A DNA stretch of 64,000 nt. Origin: Candidatus Cloacimonadales bacterium. Its GTDB lineage: Bacteria; Cloacimonadota; Cloacimonadia; Cloacimonadales; JAFGVF01. The notes under the pieces are model-generated. The model did no database searches and had not been told where the DNA came from. It was given only the letters and a program-made list of their open reading frames with translations. Positions within the stretch are counted from its first letter, which is position 1, and each line of letters opens with the position of its first letter. The translations under genes were made by a program, and so were the position numbers. Positions 20,102-29,428 of this stretch are shown one piece after another. The stretch is from assembly GCA_963667035.1 (NCBI GenBank), contig OY762964.1, positions 1,472,001 to 1,536,000 of the forward strand. Reading direction: 5' to 3'.

Positions 20102-23100
20102 ATGAAAAAGATTTGTTTTACAATACTGCTATCCCTACTGCTTGTTTCATTGTTTGCTGCTTTCGGACAGAATAAAGTACAACTGGAAAAAGAGAGATGG
20201 TCTAAACTAGAATCAATGCACTTTGATATCTACTATCCGGAAGGTGAGGATGATTTTGGTCAAACTGCTCTTTTAACTGCTGAAGAAGCATACTACTATC
20301 TTAAGAAAGATTTCGTTAGACCAATTATCGGTAGAATCCCAATCATAGTTTATAAATCTCACTCTGCATTTCAAACAACGAATGTTATCAATGCTTTGTT
20401 GAGTCAAGGAATTGCCGGATTTACCGAGAGCCAAAGAAACAGGGTAGTGCTTCCTTTTGACGGTGATTATAAGAATTTTGAAGAAGTTCTGACACATGAG
20501 CTTGTCCACGCTTATGTAAATAACTTTCAACAACGATACAATTCATCCAGATTCTTTTCCAGTAACACAGGTTACATCCCCTTCTGGTTCTCTGAAGGTC
20601 TACCCGAATACGAGGCTGTTGGAGGACGTGACAGTTACAATAATATGTTTATAATAGATATGATCATGAATGATTATATTTATCCTCTGGATAATATAAA
20701 CGGGTATTATGCTTATAGAGAAGGTGAATCATTTGTATCATATATATCCGAACAATACGGTAGAGAAAAAGTGATGGAATACTTCCACACAATCCGTTCT
20801 ATGAGCAATGTAGAAAAAGCTACAAAACAGATGTTTGGAATGAGCTTCAAACAGCTACAAAACAGATGGAAGACACACCTTAAAAAAAGATACTATAAAA
20901 CTATAGAAAACATTCAAATACCTTACGAGCATTATGAACAGCTAACTAATCACATTGAATCAAACACATATTTTAACTTCTTTCCGGCAATATCACCAGA
21001 TGGAAATAGATACCTATTCTTAAACAATAAGAATTATAGAAACAGTATTTGGTTAGGAGATATTGATGGAAACAAGAAACCTAGACTGATTATCAAGGGA
21101 GAAACATCTAACAAGATTGAACAATTTCACGTTCAACGAAACAATATCTCATGGTTTTCAGATAATGATAGATTTGCTTTTGCAGCTTCAAGTAACAAGG
21201 GTGATGTTATTCATATAGGCAGCGTAAACGACAAAAAGATTATCAATACATACACATTTAATGATTTTGATGCTATTTATGAGTTATCGGTTTCTCCTGA
21301 TGGTGAGAACATTACCTTCTGCGGACAAAGAAGGATGAATACAGATATTTTCGTTTATAATTTTGTAACTGATTCTTTAGTTAATGTGACTGCGGATAAA
21401 TATACAGATATGCAACCAGTATATTCCCACAAAGGTGACAGAATTGCTTTTACATCTTACAGGAATTGCCATCCTGATAGTATAAGACAAGGTCTTTTTA
21501 CGGGATTAACAAAGGATGTATTTATATATAACATAGAATCAGGCACATATCTTCAAGTAACAGATAATGGTTTTAATAACTCATCCCCTATCTGGTCGGG
21601 AGATGATAGTAAGTTACTTATACTTTCAGATAGAACCGGAATTTCCAATTATGATATAGTAGATTTAACTACCGGAGATACATCTAAACTAACCAATATA
21701 TTCAGTGGTGTCTTCTCCGGAGACATTTCTTCAGATGATTCTACTATTCTTTTATCAGTGTTCTACAATAACGGTTGGGATATTTATAAAGGCTTCAATC
21801 CGATAAAGAATCCGGTGAATTCTTTCAGCAATGATATCAAAGAGATTAGCTTTAATAATGATTTTGATGATTGCTTTAACCTAGACAGATATAAACTGTT
21901 CGGAAGAACAAAGCGAAACTTGAAAGAAGAATTTATGCATGCCAATCATCCGGGAAGTACAATTTTGGCTGTTAAGAACGTAACAAAATCCGATAGTCTT
22001 ATAAAAGCTCATAATGACCTTATCGATGCCAAACCTGATTCCATAACGATTATACCTCAAAAGAAATCATATAAGCCTAAATTTCTTATGGATTATCTTT
22101 ATGGAGGTGGAGCTTATTCCTCTTCTGACGGAGCATTAGTCTTCTTAGAAACAAATCTTACCGATCTTATGGGAAATCATACGATTGGAGCTATGATAGG
22201 AATCGCAGGAGATTTAGAAGACTCCAGTATTCAATTAAGCTATATATACAGACCTAACAGATTGGATATAGGGGCAAGTGTTTACTATCTTTCTGATGAA
22301 ACTATATACTACAATCCACGTAATGATTTATATCTGCGAGAAAGAGAGCATCTAGCCGGAACTAATATCTTTATTCGTTATCCCTTCAGTAGATTCTGGA
22401 GATTTGATGCAGGTATGGGCTTCCAGAAATATGACTCTATATGGAATATTGGAGTCGATAGCGTGGACGATATTAACTGGGGAGATAGAATTAAAGAATT
22501 TGAGGATGACGACTACCTCTTTATCCCAAGTTTTGAGATTGTGCATGATAATACCCTTTATGGCTCAACAGGACCAATGACAGGCTCCAGATCATATTAC
22601 CATGTAAGTAAAAGCTTTGCCGTAAACAATAAAAACTACCTTACTCAAGTGTTTGATACACGTCATTACTTTTTGTTTGCAAAACGATTCAATATCTCCG
22701 CTAGAGTCTTTGGAGGATGGAGTACTGGTGATGATCCTCAGACATTTAGTCTTGACTCTTGGTCTGGATTTAGTGTAGGAAACAGTTATGGAGTAAGAGG
22801 ATATACTAATGAAGAGCTGGAAGGAACAAAAAAGGCATTAACATCTCTAGAGTTAAGGGTACCATTTGTAGATTACGTAAAATTCGGATTTCCTCTTCCT
22901 CTAACATTAGGAGATATAAGGGGCTCTGTTTATACGGACTTAGGCTCTGTTTGGGACGATACAGATAATTGGAGAGGTATGGCGGACGGGAGATTCCAAG
23001 ATATAATTATGGGTTTTGGATTTGGTCCACGCATGAATATGGGGTATTTTGTCTTAAAACTTGATGTCTCATGGAATACTGATTTGTATAATACCGATAA

Positions 23101-23137
23101 ACCGGTATATTCATTTAGTATTTCTGAAGACTTCTAA
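20102..23137 (+). CDS. Peptidase-MA-like + PD40/TolB propeller + Omp85/BamA-like barrel outer-membrane protein
   Basis: FGQNKVQ, HELVH (HExxH), PFWFSEGLPEY, SPDG repeats, VRGY motif, C-terminal Phe. Confidence 0.8.
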   Translation: MKKICFTILLSLLLVSLFAAFGQNKVQLEKERWSKLESMHFDIYYPEGEDDFGQTALLTAEEAYYYLKKDFVRPIIGRIPIIVYKSHSAFQTTNVINALLSQGIAGFTESQRNRVVLPFDGDYKNFEEVLTHELVHAYVNNFQQRYNSSRFFSSNTGYIPFWFSEGLPEYEAVGGRDSYNNMFIIDMIMNDYIYPLDNINGYYAYREGESFVSYISEQYGREKVMEYFHTIRSMSNVEKATKQMFGMSFKQLQNRWKTHLKKRYYKTIENIQIPYEHYEQLTNHIESNTYFNFFPAISPDGNRYLFLNNKNYRNSIWLGDIDGNKKPRLIIKGETSNKIEQFHVQRNNISWFSDNDRFAFAASSNKGDVIHIGSVNDKKIINTYTFNDFDAIYELSVSPDGENITFCGQRRMNTDIFVYNFVTDSLVNVTADKYTDMQPVYSHKGDRIAFTSYRNCHPDSIRQGLFTGLTKDVFIYNIESGTYLQVTDNGFNNSSPIWSGDDSKLLILSDRTGISNYDIVDLTTGDTSKLTNIFSGVFSGDISSDDSTILLSVFYNNGWDIYKGFNPIKNPVNSFSNDIKEISFNNDFDDCFNLDRYKLFGRTKRNLKEEFMHANHPGSTILAVKNVTKSDSLIKAHNDLIDAKPDSITIIPQKKSYKPKFLMDYLYGGGAYSSSDGALVFLETNLTDLMGNHTIGAMIGIAGDLEDSSIQLSYIYRPNRLDIGASVYYLSDETIYYNPRNDLYLREREHLAGTNIFIRYPFSRFWRFDAGMGFQKYDSIWNIGVDSVDDINWGDRIKEFEDDDYLFIPSFEIVHDNTLYGSTGPMTGSRSYYHVSKSFAVNNKNYLTQVFDTRHYFLFAKRFNISARVFGGWSTGDDPQTFSLDSWSGFSVGNSYGVRGYTNEELEGTKKALTSLELRVPFVDYVKFGFPLPLTLGDIRGSVYTDLGSVWDDTDNWRGMADGRFQDIIMGFGFGPRMNMGYFVLKLDVSWNTDLYNTDKPVYSFSISEDF

Positions 23138-23150
23138 AAGGAAAGAAATT

Positions 23151-23954
23151 ATGAAAAAATCACCGAAAGAGATTACTCTTGAAAAAAATATATTGAAACA
23201 ACTAACAGACAATGCATATAAAGCAGCTGAGATAATTTTTAACGATCCTGAGATACATGCAATACAAGAGCATGCTAATATTGTGTCTATTAAACGATTG
23301 GGATATAACGACCATGGACCCGTTCATATGAGAATGGCATCATTAAACGCAATAAAGCTATGTAACCTGCTTATTGAATCTGGAATCAAATTGTCTCTCC
23401 AACAAGATTTGGATTATACATCCGATGATAGTATGACTGCAGTTGTGATAGCTTCGTTACTTCACGATTTTGGTATGTCTGTTGCTAGAGATTCTCACGA
23501 AATGTATAGTATAACAATAGCTCTCCCCTATATTGAGAAAATACTCATGGAGATATATCCCGATTCATTGGATAAAAGAGTTGCTGTTAAATCAACAGTA
23601 ATTGAAGGAATTGCAGGTCATATGGCAACTAGGAAAATACATTCATTAGAAGCAGGACTAGTTTTGATAGGCGATGGATGTGATATGGAGAAAGGAAGAG
23701 CAAGAATTCCCAGTCTTATCAGTAATTCTCCCAAAGTAGGAGATATTCATAGATATTCATCTTCATCTATCGAAAAAGTTACAATAACAAAAGGCGAAGA
23801 GAAACCTATTAGAATTATAGTTTCTATGAGTGCTTCTGTTGGTTTCTTCCAGATAGAAGAAGTCCTATTCCCCAAGATTAGTTCAAGTCCGGTAAAACCA
23901 TACATTGAACTAATAGCCGGTGTTAAAGGTAAAGAACCTGCTCGCTATTTATAA
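23151..23954 (+). CDS. HD-domain phosphohydrolase
   Basis: NDHGPVH, LLHDFG, DGCDMEKGRAR. Start moved to 23151. Confidence 0.85.
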   Translation: MKKSPKEITLEKNILKQLTDNAYKAAEIIFNDPEIHAIQEHANIVSIKRLGYNDHGPVHMRMASLNAIKLCNLLIESGIKLSLQQDLDYTSDDSMTAVVIASLLHDFGMSVARDSHEMYSITIALPYIEKILMEIYPDSLDKRVAVKSTVIEGIAGHMATRKIHSLEAGLVLIGDGCDMEKGRARIPSLISNSPKVGDIHRYSSSSIEKVTITKGEEKPIRIIVSMSASVGFFQIEEVLFPKISSSPVKPYIELIAGVKGKEPARYL

Positions 23955-23962
23955 AGGAAGAC

Positions 23963-24898
23963 ATGGAAATACATTTTCAAAATAGAATTAACCAATTGAA
24001 AGATAGCCTTAACCCTGAGAATATTAATCTCAAAGTCGAAAAAGAAATCAAATACGGATTCAAGATTAGTTTTACGCAAAACAATCTTGAGTCTACTTTT
24101 GATTTACTATATTCAGCAAAAAAAAAGAGCTATTCTTTAACTTTCAAACGAGGTAGTGAAACATTAGCTTCTTATATCTCTAAACTACTCCAATTTGCAG
24201 ATATGAAAGTTACAACACCAGTAACAACACCCGATCAAGTGGAATCTTTTGAACATAGCTATCATTGTTGGACAGGTAGTGATGAATCCGGAAAAGGTGA
24301 TTTCTTTGGACCATTAGTAACAGCAGTGTTTCGATGCAATGACGATGTTGCAAAAGTTCTTAAAGCAATTGGTGTAACTGATAGTAAAGCTCTAACAGAT
24401 TCAAAGATAACTGTTATTGCCAAACAGCTTTATAAGGTATATCCGGATAGAATTAATTGTATTGTTCTTAAGCCTGAAAGATATAACTCTCTTTATTCAG
24501 ACATGTTGAAACAAGGGAAGAAACTGAATGAGATGCTTGATTGGCTTCATTACAAAACTATTGAACCTTTTTTAGAAGATAAGACAGTAGAAGCTCTAAT
24601 TATTGATCAATACTCCAAATCAGGAAAATTAAGAGGAAAACTCTCTGCTAAATTTAAAAAAGATATAATTATTCAAACAAAAGCGGAATCTGACCCTGCT
24701 GTTGCTGCCGCTTCGATTATTGCTCGATATCAGTTTGTTAATGCTATTGAGTTAATGGGGCGAAATTATAAAATGAAGTTCCCTAAAGGAGCTTCAAATC
24801 CCGTTATTAGTGCAGCGAAAAGCTTTACCCAATCCTTTGGAAAAAATAATCTCAATAAAGTAGCAAAAATACATTTCAAAACTATGGAAAAACTATAA
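23963..24898 (+). CDS. rnhC: Ribonuclease HIII
   Basis: GSDESGKGDFFGPL, DSK, IIDQY, VAAASIIAR, AKIHFKT. Confidence 0.9.
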   Translation: MEIHFQNRINQLKDSLNPENINLKVEKEIKYGFKISFTQNNLESTFDLLYSAKKKSYSLTFKRGSETLASYISKLLQFADMKVTTPVTTPDQVESFEHSYHCWTGSDESGKGDFFGPLVTAVFRCNDDVAKVLKAIGVTDSKALTDSKITVIAKQLYKVYPDRINCIVLKPERYNSLYSDMLKQGKKLNEMLDWLHYKTIEPFLEDKTVEALIIDQYSKSGKLRGKLSAKFKKDIIIQTKAESDPAVAAASIIARYQFVNAIELMGRNYKMKFPKGASNPVISAAKSFTQSFGKNNLNKVAKIHFKTMEKL

Positions 24899-25845
24899 TG
24901 CAAACCTTAGTGCTGAATAAAATGCCTGATTCATTCTGGCAATTAGTGAAAAAGAATAAACTGGAAGAATACTTCACCGATGCAAAAATCCTATTTTCTG
25001 AAGATATAGAAGTTTTTGTTATCAGAACTGATATTTATATAAACGAATCATATTTTAAGCGCTTTCCCAATCTAAAAATGATTATTAGAGCCGGTTCAGG
25101 AGTTGATAATGTTGATTTCGAAGCTGCTGCAAGGCATAATGTGATAGTTTGCAATACTCCACATGCAAATGTACCTTCTGCTTATGAACATACCATTAGC
25201 ATGATTATGGCTTTGTTGAAGAATCATAACAATTCTAAAGAAGCAGTTATGTCTAAGGAATGGAAAGACAATCTTAGACCTAGTTGGGAAATATCAGATG
25301 TTAAGGCATTGATTGTTGGACTGGGTAGAATAGGTTCAAGAGTTGCTGCTTTTCTCAAAATACACGGTGCAGAAGTTAAAGCTGTTGATCCGTATGTAGA
25401 CAATAGTAGATTTGATGAGTTAGGAATAGAACCAATAAGCTATGTTCAAGGTTTGAAATGGTGTAATTTAATTAGTTTTCATTGTCCTTTAACAAAAAAT
25501 ACTCACTACTATTTCTCAACTCCTATCCTAAATTTACTAGAGAATCCGGTCTACTTGCTTAACGTTGCAAGAGGAAGTATTGTGAGTGAGGACGCTTTAG
25601 AAAAGGGACTTATCAGTGGCATGATATTGGGTGCAGGAATAGATGTTTTTGAAGATGAACCATGGGAAGTAAAACCCTTTGCTTCCAATCCAAATGTATT
25701 GCTGTCCCCGCATACCGGAGCTTTTACCGAGAAAGCCAAGCAACGCCTTTCCGAAGAAACGATTGAAGTTTGGAAGGAATTTGTGTTTAACAACTGTATA
25801 AAATCAGAAGTAGTTAAATGGGAATTATTGACTCCTGTGCGATAA
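24898..25845 (+). CDS. D-isomer-specific 2-hydroxyacid dehydrogenase (SerA-like)
   Basis: RAGSGVDNVD, GLGRIG, HCPLT, NVARG, DVFEDEP, SPHTGA. Confidence 0.9.
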   Translation: MQTLVLNKMPDSFWQLVKKNKLEEYFTDAKILFSEDIEVFVIRTDIYINESYFKRFPNLKMIIRAGSGVDNVDFEAAARHNVIVCNTPHANVPSAYEHTISMIMALLKNHNNSKEAVMSKEWKDNLRPSWEISDVKALIVGLGRIGSRVAAFLKIHGAEVKAVDPYVDNSRFDELGIEPISYVQGLKWCNLISFHCPLTKNTHYYFSTPILNLLENPVYLLNVARGSIVSEDALEKGLISGMILGAGIDVFEDEPWEVKPFASNPNVLLSPHTGAFTEKAKQRLSEETIEVWKEFVFNNCIKSEVVKWELLTPVR

Positions 25846-25983
25846 AAACCTTGACACTTATGCTATAAATAATATTGTCTAGTCATCATATATATTTACT
25901 AAATCCAAATAGACTTATTTAGAAATTACCATTGTAATTTGTTAAATACCTTTGATATGGAATACTAACATACTGGAGATACC

Positions 25984-26817
25984 ATGCTTAGAGAAGTAGG
26001 AAGACTTACTATCGAAGATACTAAAGAGATACATTTAAGAGTTGAAAAAATATTTAAACAAATTGATAAAGATAGAGCTGATTTAGCAGAAAAACGCTTG
26101 TATGAATTGGCTAATACTGCTAACTACTTCATTCGAGAGACAACGGGTAAAGAGCTAGCTGAATATGAAGGCGATAACAGTCAGAAACTTGATGAAGTAT
26201 GTTATCGCATGCTTGAAGATGAAATGTACGGAGTTAGAGCAACAGCTCTTTTTTACTTCTATAACAAATATCAGAAAGATCCTGAGAAGATTCTAGAGAT
26301 AATGGGCAGAGTTTTTGAGACTATCCCTTGGGAATCTGAGAGTCTTTGTTTCTATATGTGGAAATCCCATACTGCTGTAATGAAAGAAGTAATGCTTAAA
26401 TGGCAAAAGTCAGAAAATGATAAGATGCGTTCCCTTTCAATTCACGGTTTAGAGAATATTGCTACCAAAGACCCTAAATATATTATGGAATTTCTCAGTA
26501 ATCTGCTAAACGATAAAAATACTGAAGTACAGAAAAAGGTATCTCATGTGTTAACGCAGACTTGTAGACTTCGTTCAGCTACTTGCTATCCAATACTGAA
26601 AACATGGATTGAAGAAGGTGACGATACTGTTATTAAGACAGTGTGGGTAACATTAAAGAAACTTACTAACATCTTAGGGCAGAAAAGTAAGGCAAACAAA
26701 TCTCATGAGTTTATCAATTCCACTCAGAAAATTATTAAAGAGTGGAGACATGATCCCAATGAATATGTTGCAGCAATGGGTAATAAACTCTTCCACATCA
26801 CAAAGAACAAGAAATAA
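25984..26817 (+). CDS. HEAT-repeat protein (DNA-alkylation-repair-like)
   Basis: All-helical, with repeats such as LLNDKNTEVQKKV and HDPNEYV; GGAG RBS. Confidence 0.55.
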   Translation: MLREVGRLTIEDTKEIHLRVEKIFKQIDKDRADLAEKRLYELANTANYFIRETTGKELAEYEGDNSQKLDEVCYRMLEDEMYGVRATALFYFYNKYQKDPEKILEIMGRVFETIPWESESLCFYMWKSHTAVMKEVMLKWQKSENDKMRSLSIHGLENIATKDPKYIMEFLSNLLNDKNTEVQKKVSHVLTQTCRLRSATCYPILKTWIEEGDDTVIKTVWVTLKKLTNILGQKSKANKSHEFINSTQKIIKEWRHDPNEYVAAMGNKLFHITKNKK

Positions 26818-26831
26818 TCACATCAACGTTA

Positions 26832-27545
26832 ATGGATAATATCCATATTATCTTAGTAGAGCCTGTTTATGCAGGAAATGTAGCTTCTATAGCAAGAATA
26901 ATGAACAACTTTGAGTTTTCGAAGCTACGAATTGTTGGTGAAATGCCTACTGATAGCCATTTCTATATGGCTGTGCATTCAGAACACATTCTTGATAACG
27001 TGCAGCACTTTGATAGCTTAGAAAATGCACTTTCAGATATAGATAGAGCCATTGCTTTTTCTAGAAGAAAAGGAAAGCTTAAGAAAGTAGATTTGATCCC
27101 TTCCGGAGTTGCTGAATACATTCATACTGCTAAAGACTTAAGTTATGGACTTGTTTTTGGTAGAGAGACCTATGGCTTAACAGACGAGGAAGCTTCTCTT
27201 TGCCCTTTAAGATGCTATATAAAGGCAAATCCTTCATTTCCTTCCTTGAACCTCTCACAAGCAGTTGCTGTAATACTCTATGAAATATACGGTTATAATC
27301 AGAAACAGAATGCAGAGTCTTACAAGTATTCCAAGAAAACAGAATTCTCATCTCTTATTGATTATATAATGAATACATTGGAAAATGTAGGCTTTGATAA
27401 ATCAAAGGAAAATTATAATTGGGGACAGTTTTTTGAGAATCTGTTTTCAAGAGCAAATCTCACTTCAGATATGGCATATCGAATAAAGCAATTGTTTAAC
27501 CGCATCAATGTAGCAGTTAAAGGTAAGGGCAAAGGATATCATTAA
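26832..27545 (+). CDS. trmJ: TrmJ/LasT-family SPOUT RNA methyltransferase
   Basis: ILVEP..AGNVASIAR, FGRETYGL, SLNLSQAV. Confidence 0.85.
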   Translation: MDNIHIILVEPVYAGNVASIARIMNNFEFSKLRIVGEMPTDSHFYMAVHSEHILDNVQHFDSLENALSDIDRAIAFSRRKGKLKKVDLIPSGVAEYIHTAKDLSYGLVFGRETYGLTDEEASLCPLRCYIKANPSFPSLNLSQAVAVILYEIYGYNQKQNAESYKYSKKTEFSSLIDYIMNTLENVGFDKSKENYNWGQFFENLFSRANLTSDMAYRIKQLFNRINVAVKGKGKGYH

Positions 27546-27649
27546 CTAAGATAGAGTATTGTTAATATTCTCCATAAGTTAACGTGTGATTTATCTTAAA
27601 TAAACAATCCGAAGGTATATAAATACAAATGTTTATTTAAGGTAAGGAT

Positions 27650-28078
27650 TTGATAAAGAAAATATTTGTAAATAAAACCGATAACACCGGACTTCAGTTA
27701 TGGAGATACCTAACACTCGGAAGCATAGCAATCTTAACAGATTATCTCGTATTATATATTCTGCACGAGCTAGTACATCTACACTATCTTATTGCTGCTA
27801 CTCCTGCATTTATAATTGGACAGTTAACAAATTATCTGATATCTAAACAATTTATTTTCCCTAACAGTAAACATCCGGTCAAGTTCGAGCTTACAATATT
27901 TGTATTAATAGGTTTTATCTGCTTAAACATGAATCTTGTTAGCATGTGGTACTTTACTTCCATTTTACATCTGCATTATCTTCTTAGCAAAATCATCAGC
28001 AATGCTATTATTTTCCTATTTTCATTCTTTGCCCGTAAACTAATTCTTTTTCCACATAAAATGAAGGGAGTAATTTAA
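27650..28078 (+). CDS. GtrA-family membrane protein
   Basis: Four TM segments, NYLISKQFIF, YLLSKII; TTG start. Confidence 0.8.
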   Translation: MIKKIFVNKTDNTGLQLWRYLTLGSIAILTDYLVLYILHELVHLHYLIAATPAFIIGQLTNYLISKQFIFPNSKHPVKFELTIFVLIGFICLNMNLVSMWYFTSILHLHYLLSKIISNAIIFLFSFFARKLILFPHKMKGVI

Positions 28079-28566
28079 TGTTTATCTTAATTCTAGTTGC
28101 ATCTTTAATTCTGTTTTTTTTCGTCACCAATACTATCAGTTATAGAATACTTAAGAACAAAATCTTAAAAAGCAGAAAATGGGATTTGAACATCTGTTGC
28201 GGTAAAACTGATGGAGGTGGAGTTAATGCTGATATTGTTAAACATATAGAATTACCGAATTATATACAGATAAATGATATAACTAATCTTCCGTTTAAGA
28301 ATAAGCAGTTTAAACATGTCTTATGCTCTCATACAATTGAGCATGTTGATAATCCGATTGCTTTCTACAACGAGCTTCAAAGAGTAGGAGAAAATGTGGT
28401 GATAGTTGTTCCGCCTTTATGGGACATAACAGCAGCTTTTAACATCATAGAGCATAAGTGGTTATTCCTAACTATGAGACCAAATCACCTCAAGCTTCCT
28501 TTTCATGTGAGATTACCAATTGCACATAAACTACAATCAATCTGGGGTCAGAAGATTAAAGCTTAG
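28078..28566 (+). CDS. Class I SAM methyltransferase-like protein with N-terminal TM
   Basis: LNICCG, DITNLPFKNKQF, SHTIEHVDNP. Confidence 0.7.
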   Translation: MFILILVASLILFFFVTNTISYRILKNKILKSRKWDLNICCGKTDGGGVNADIVKHIELPNYIQINDITNLPFKNKQFKHVLCSHTIEHVDNPIAFYNELQRVGENVVIVVPPLWDITAAFNIIEHKWLFLTMRPNHLKLPFHVRLPIAHKLQSIWGQKIKA

Positions 28567-29428
28567 TTTTTGTTATCCGTATTGAATCATACGGATTATC
28601 CAGATCAAAAGAGATAACACACGCTTCATCTCTTTCCGAAGCACCCTGAAAAGCCAGATTATCTCCAATCGTATCAGTGTATTCGCCGGTTATTCGAGTT
28701 GATTCGTGAACGTGTCCATGCATTGTAAGATAGAACTTTCGGTTTTCTAACAACCTTTTCAAAGCTATTGAGCCTATGTTAACATCTAGTGGAGCATAAT
28801 CAATCATCTTTCCATCTAAATCAGCTCTATCAAGCTTAGTTTGATAAGGTGGTGTATGTGAAAGCAATATAGTTCTTTCTGTGGCACATGAATCGAATAA
28901 TTCTTCAAAGTCTTCCTTAATTGTTGTATACTTCAGCTCATATTCAGTAATACTACTATCGTGATATCCTTGTTCAGGAGCAACACAACCCACATCAACA
29001 AATCTGGAGACATCGTATTTTTCCCAATCTTTATTCATAAATGGAGTTGGAGGTACAAAATTGTAACCTACAATTATCCAGTTTTTAAACTGTATCTTCT
29101 TTTTATGACAATAGGTAAGCAACCCCGTGAATTTGTCCCCAAGTAGTATCTCTTCTGAGATTCTGTTATCATCATTACCCATGATAACAAATATTTCAGG
29201 ATAGCACTCCCCCATCTCTTCCTTTAACTTCTGCAATTCAACCTTAAGGAATCCACAGAGAAATGAATCTGATTTCTCTGATACAGCATCACGTATACTG
29301 TTAAAAGGTAACAGTATATCTCCTCCAATAAAAACAACTTCTGGTTCTATTTCTCTAATCTTTTCAAACAGATAGTTATATTTAAACTTGTTGCCGTGTA
29401 AGTCCGAAGTAAGTAAAGCTCTTATCAT
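28556..29428 (-). CDS. Calcineurin-like metallophosphoesterase
   Basis: SDLHG, GGD, MGNDD, HTPP, HGHVHE. Confidence 0.9.
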   Translation of the reverse strand: MIRALLTSDLHGNKFKYNYLFEKIREIEPEVVFIGGDILLPFNSIRDAVSEKSDSFLCGFLKVELQKLKEEMGECYPEIFVIMGNDDNRISEEILLGDKFTGLLTYCHKKKIQFKNWIIVGYNFVPPTPFMNKDWEKYDVSRFVDVGCVAPEQGYHDSSITEYELKYTTIKEDFEELFDSCATERTILLSHTPPYQTKLDRADLDGKMIDYAPLDVNIGSIALKRLLENRKFYLTMHGHVHESTRITGEYTDTIGDNLAFQGASERDEACVISFDLDNPYDSIRITKTKL

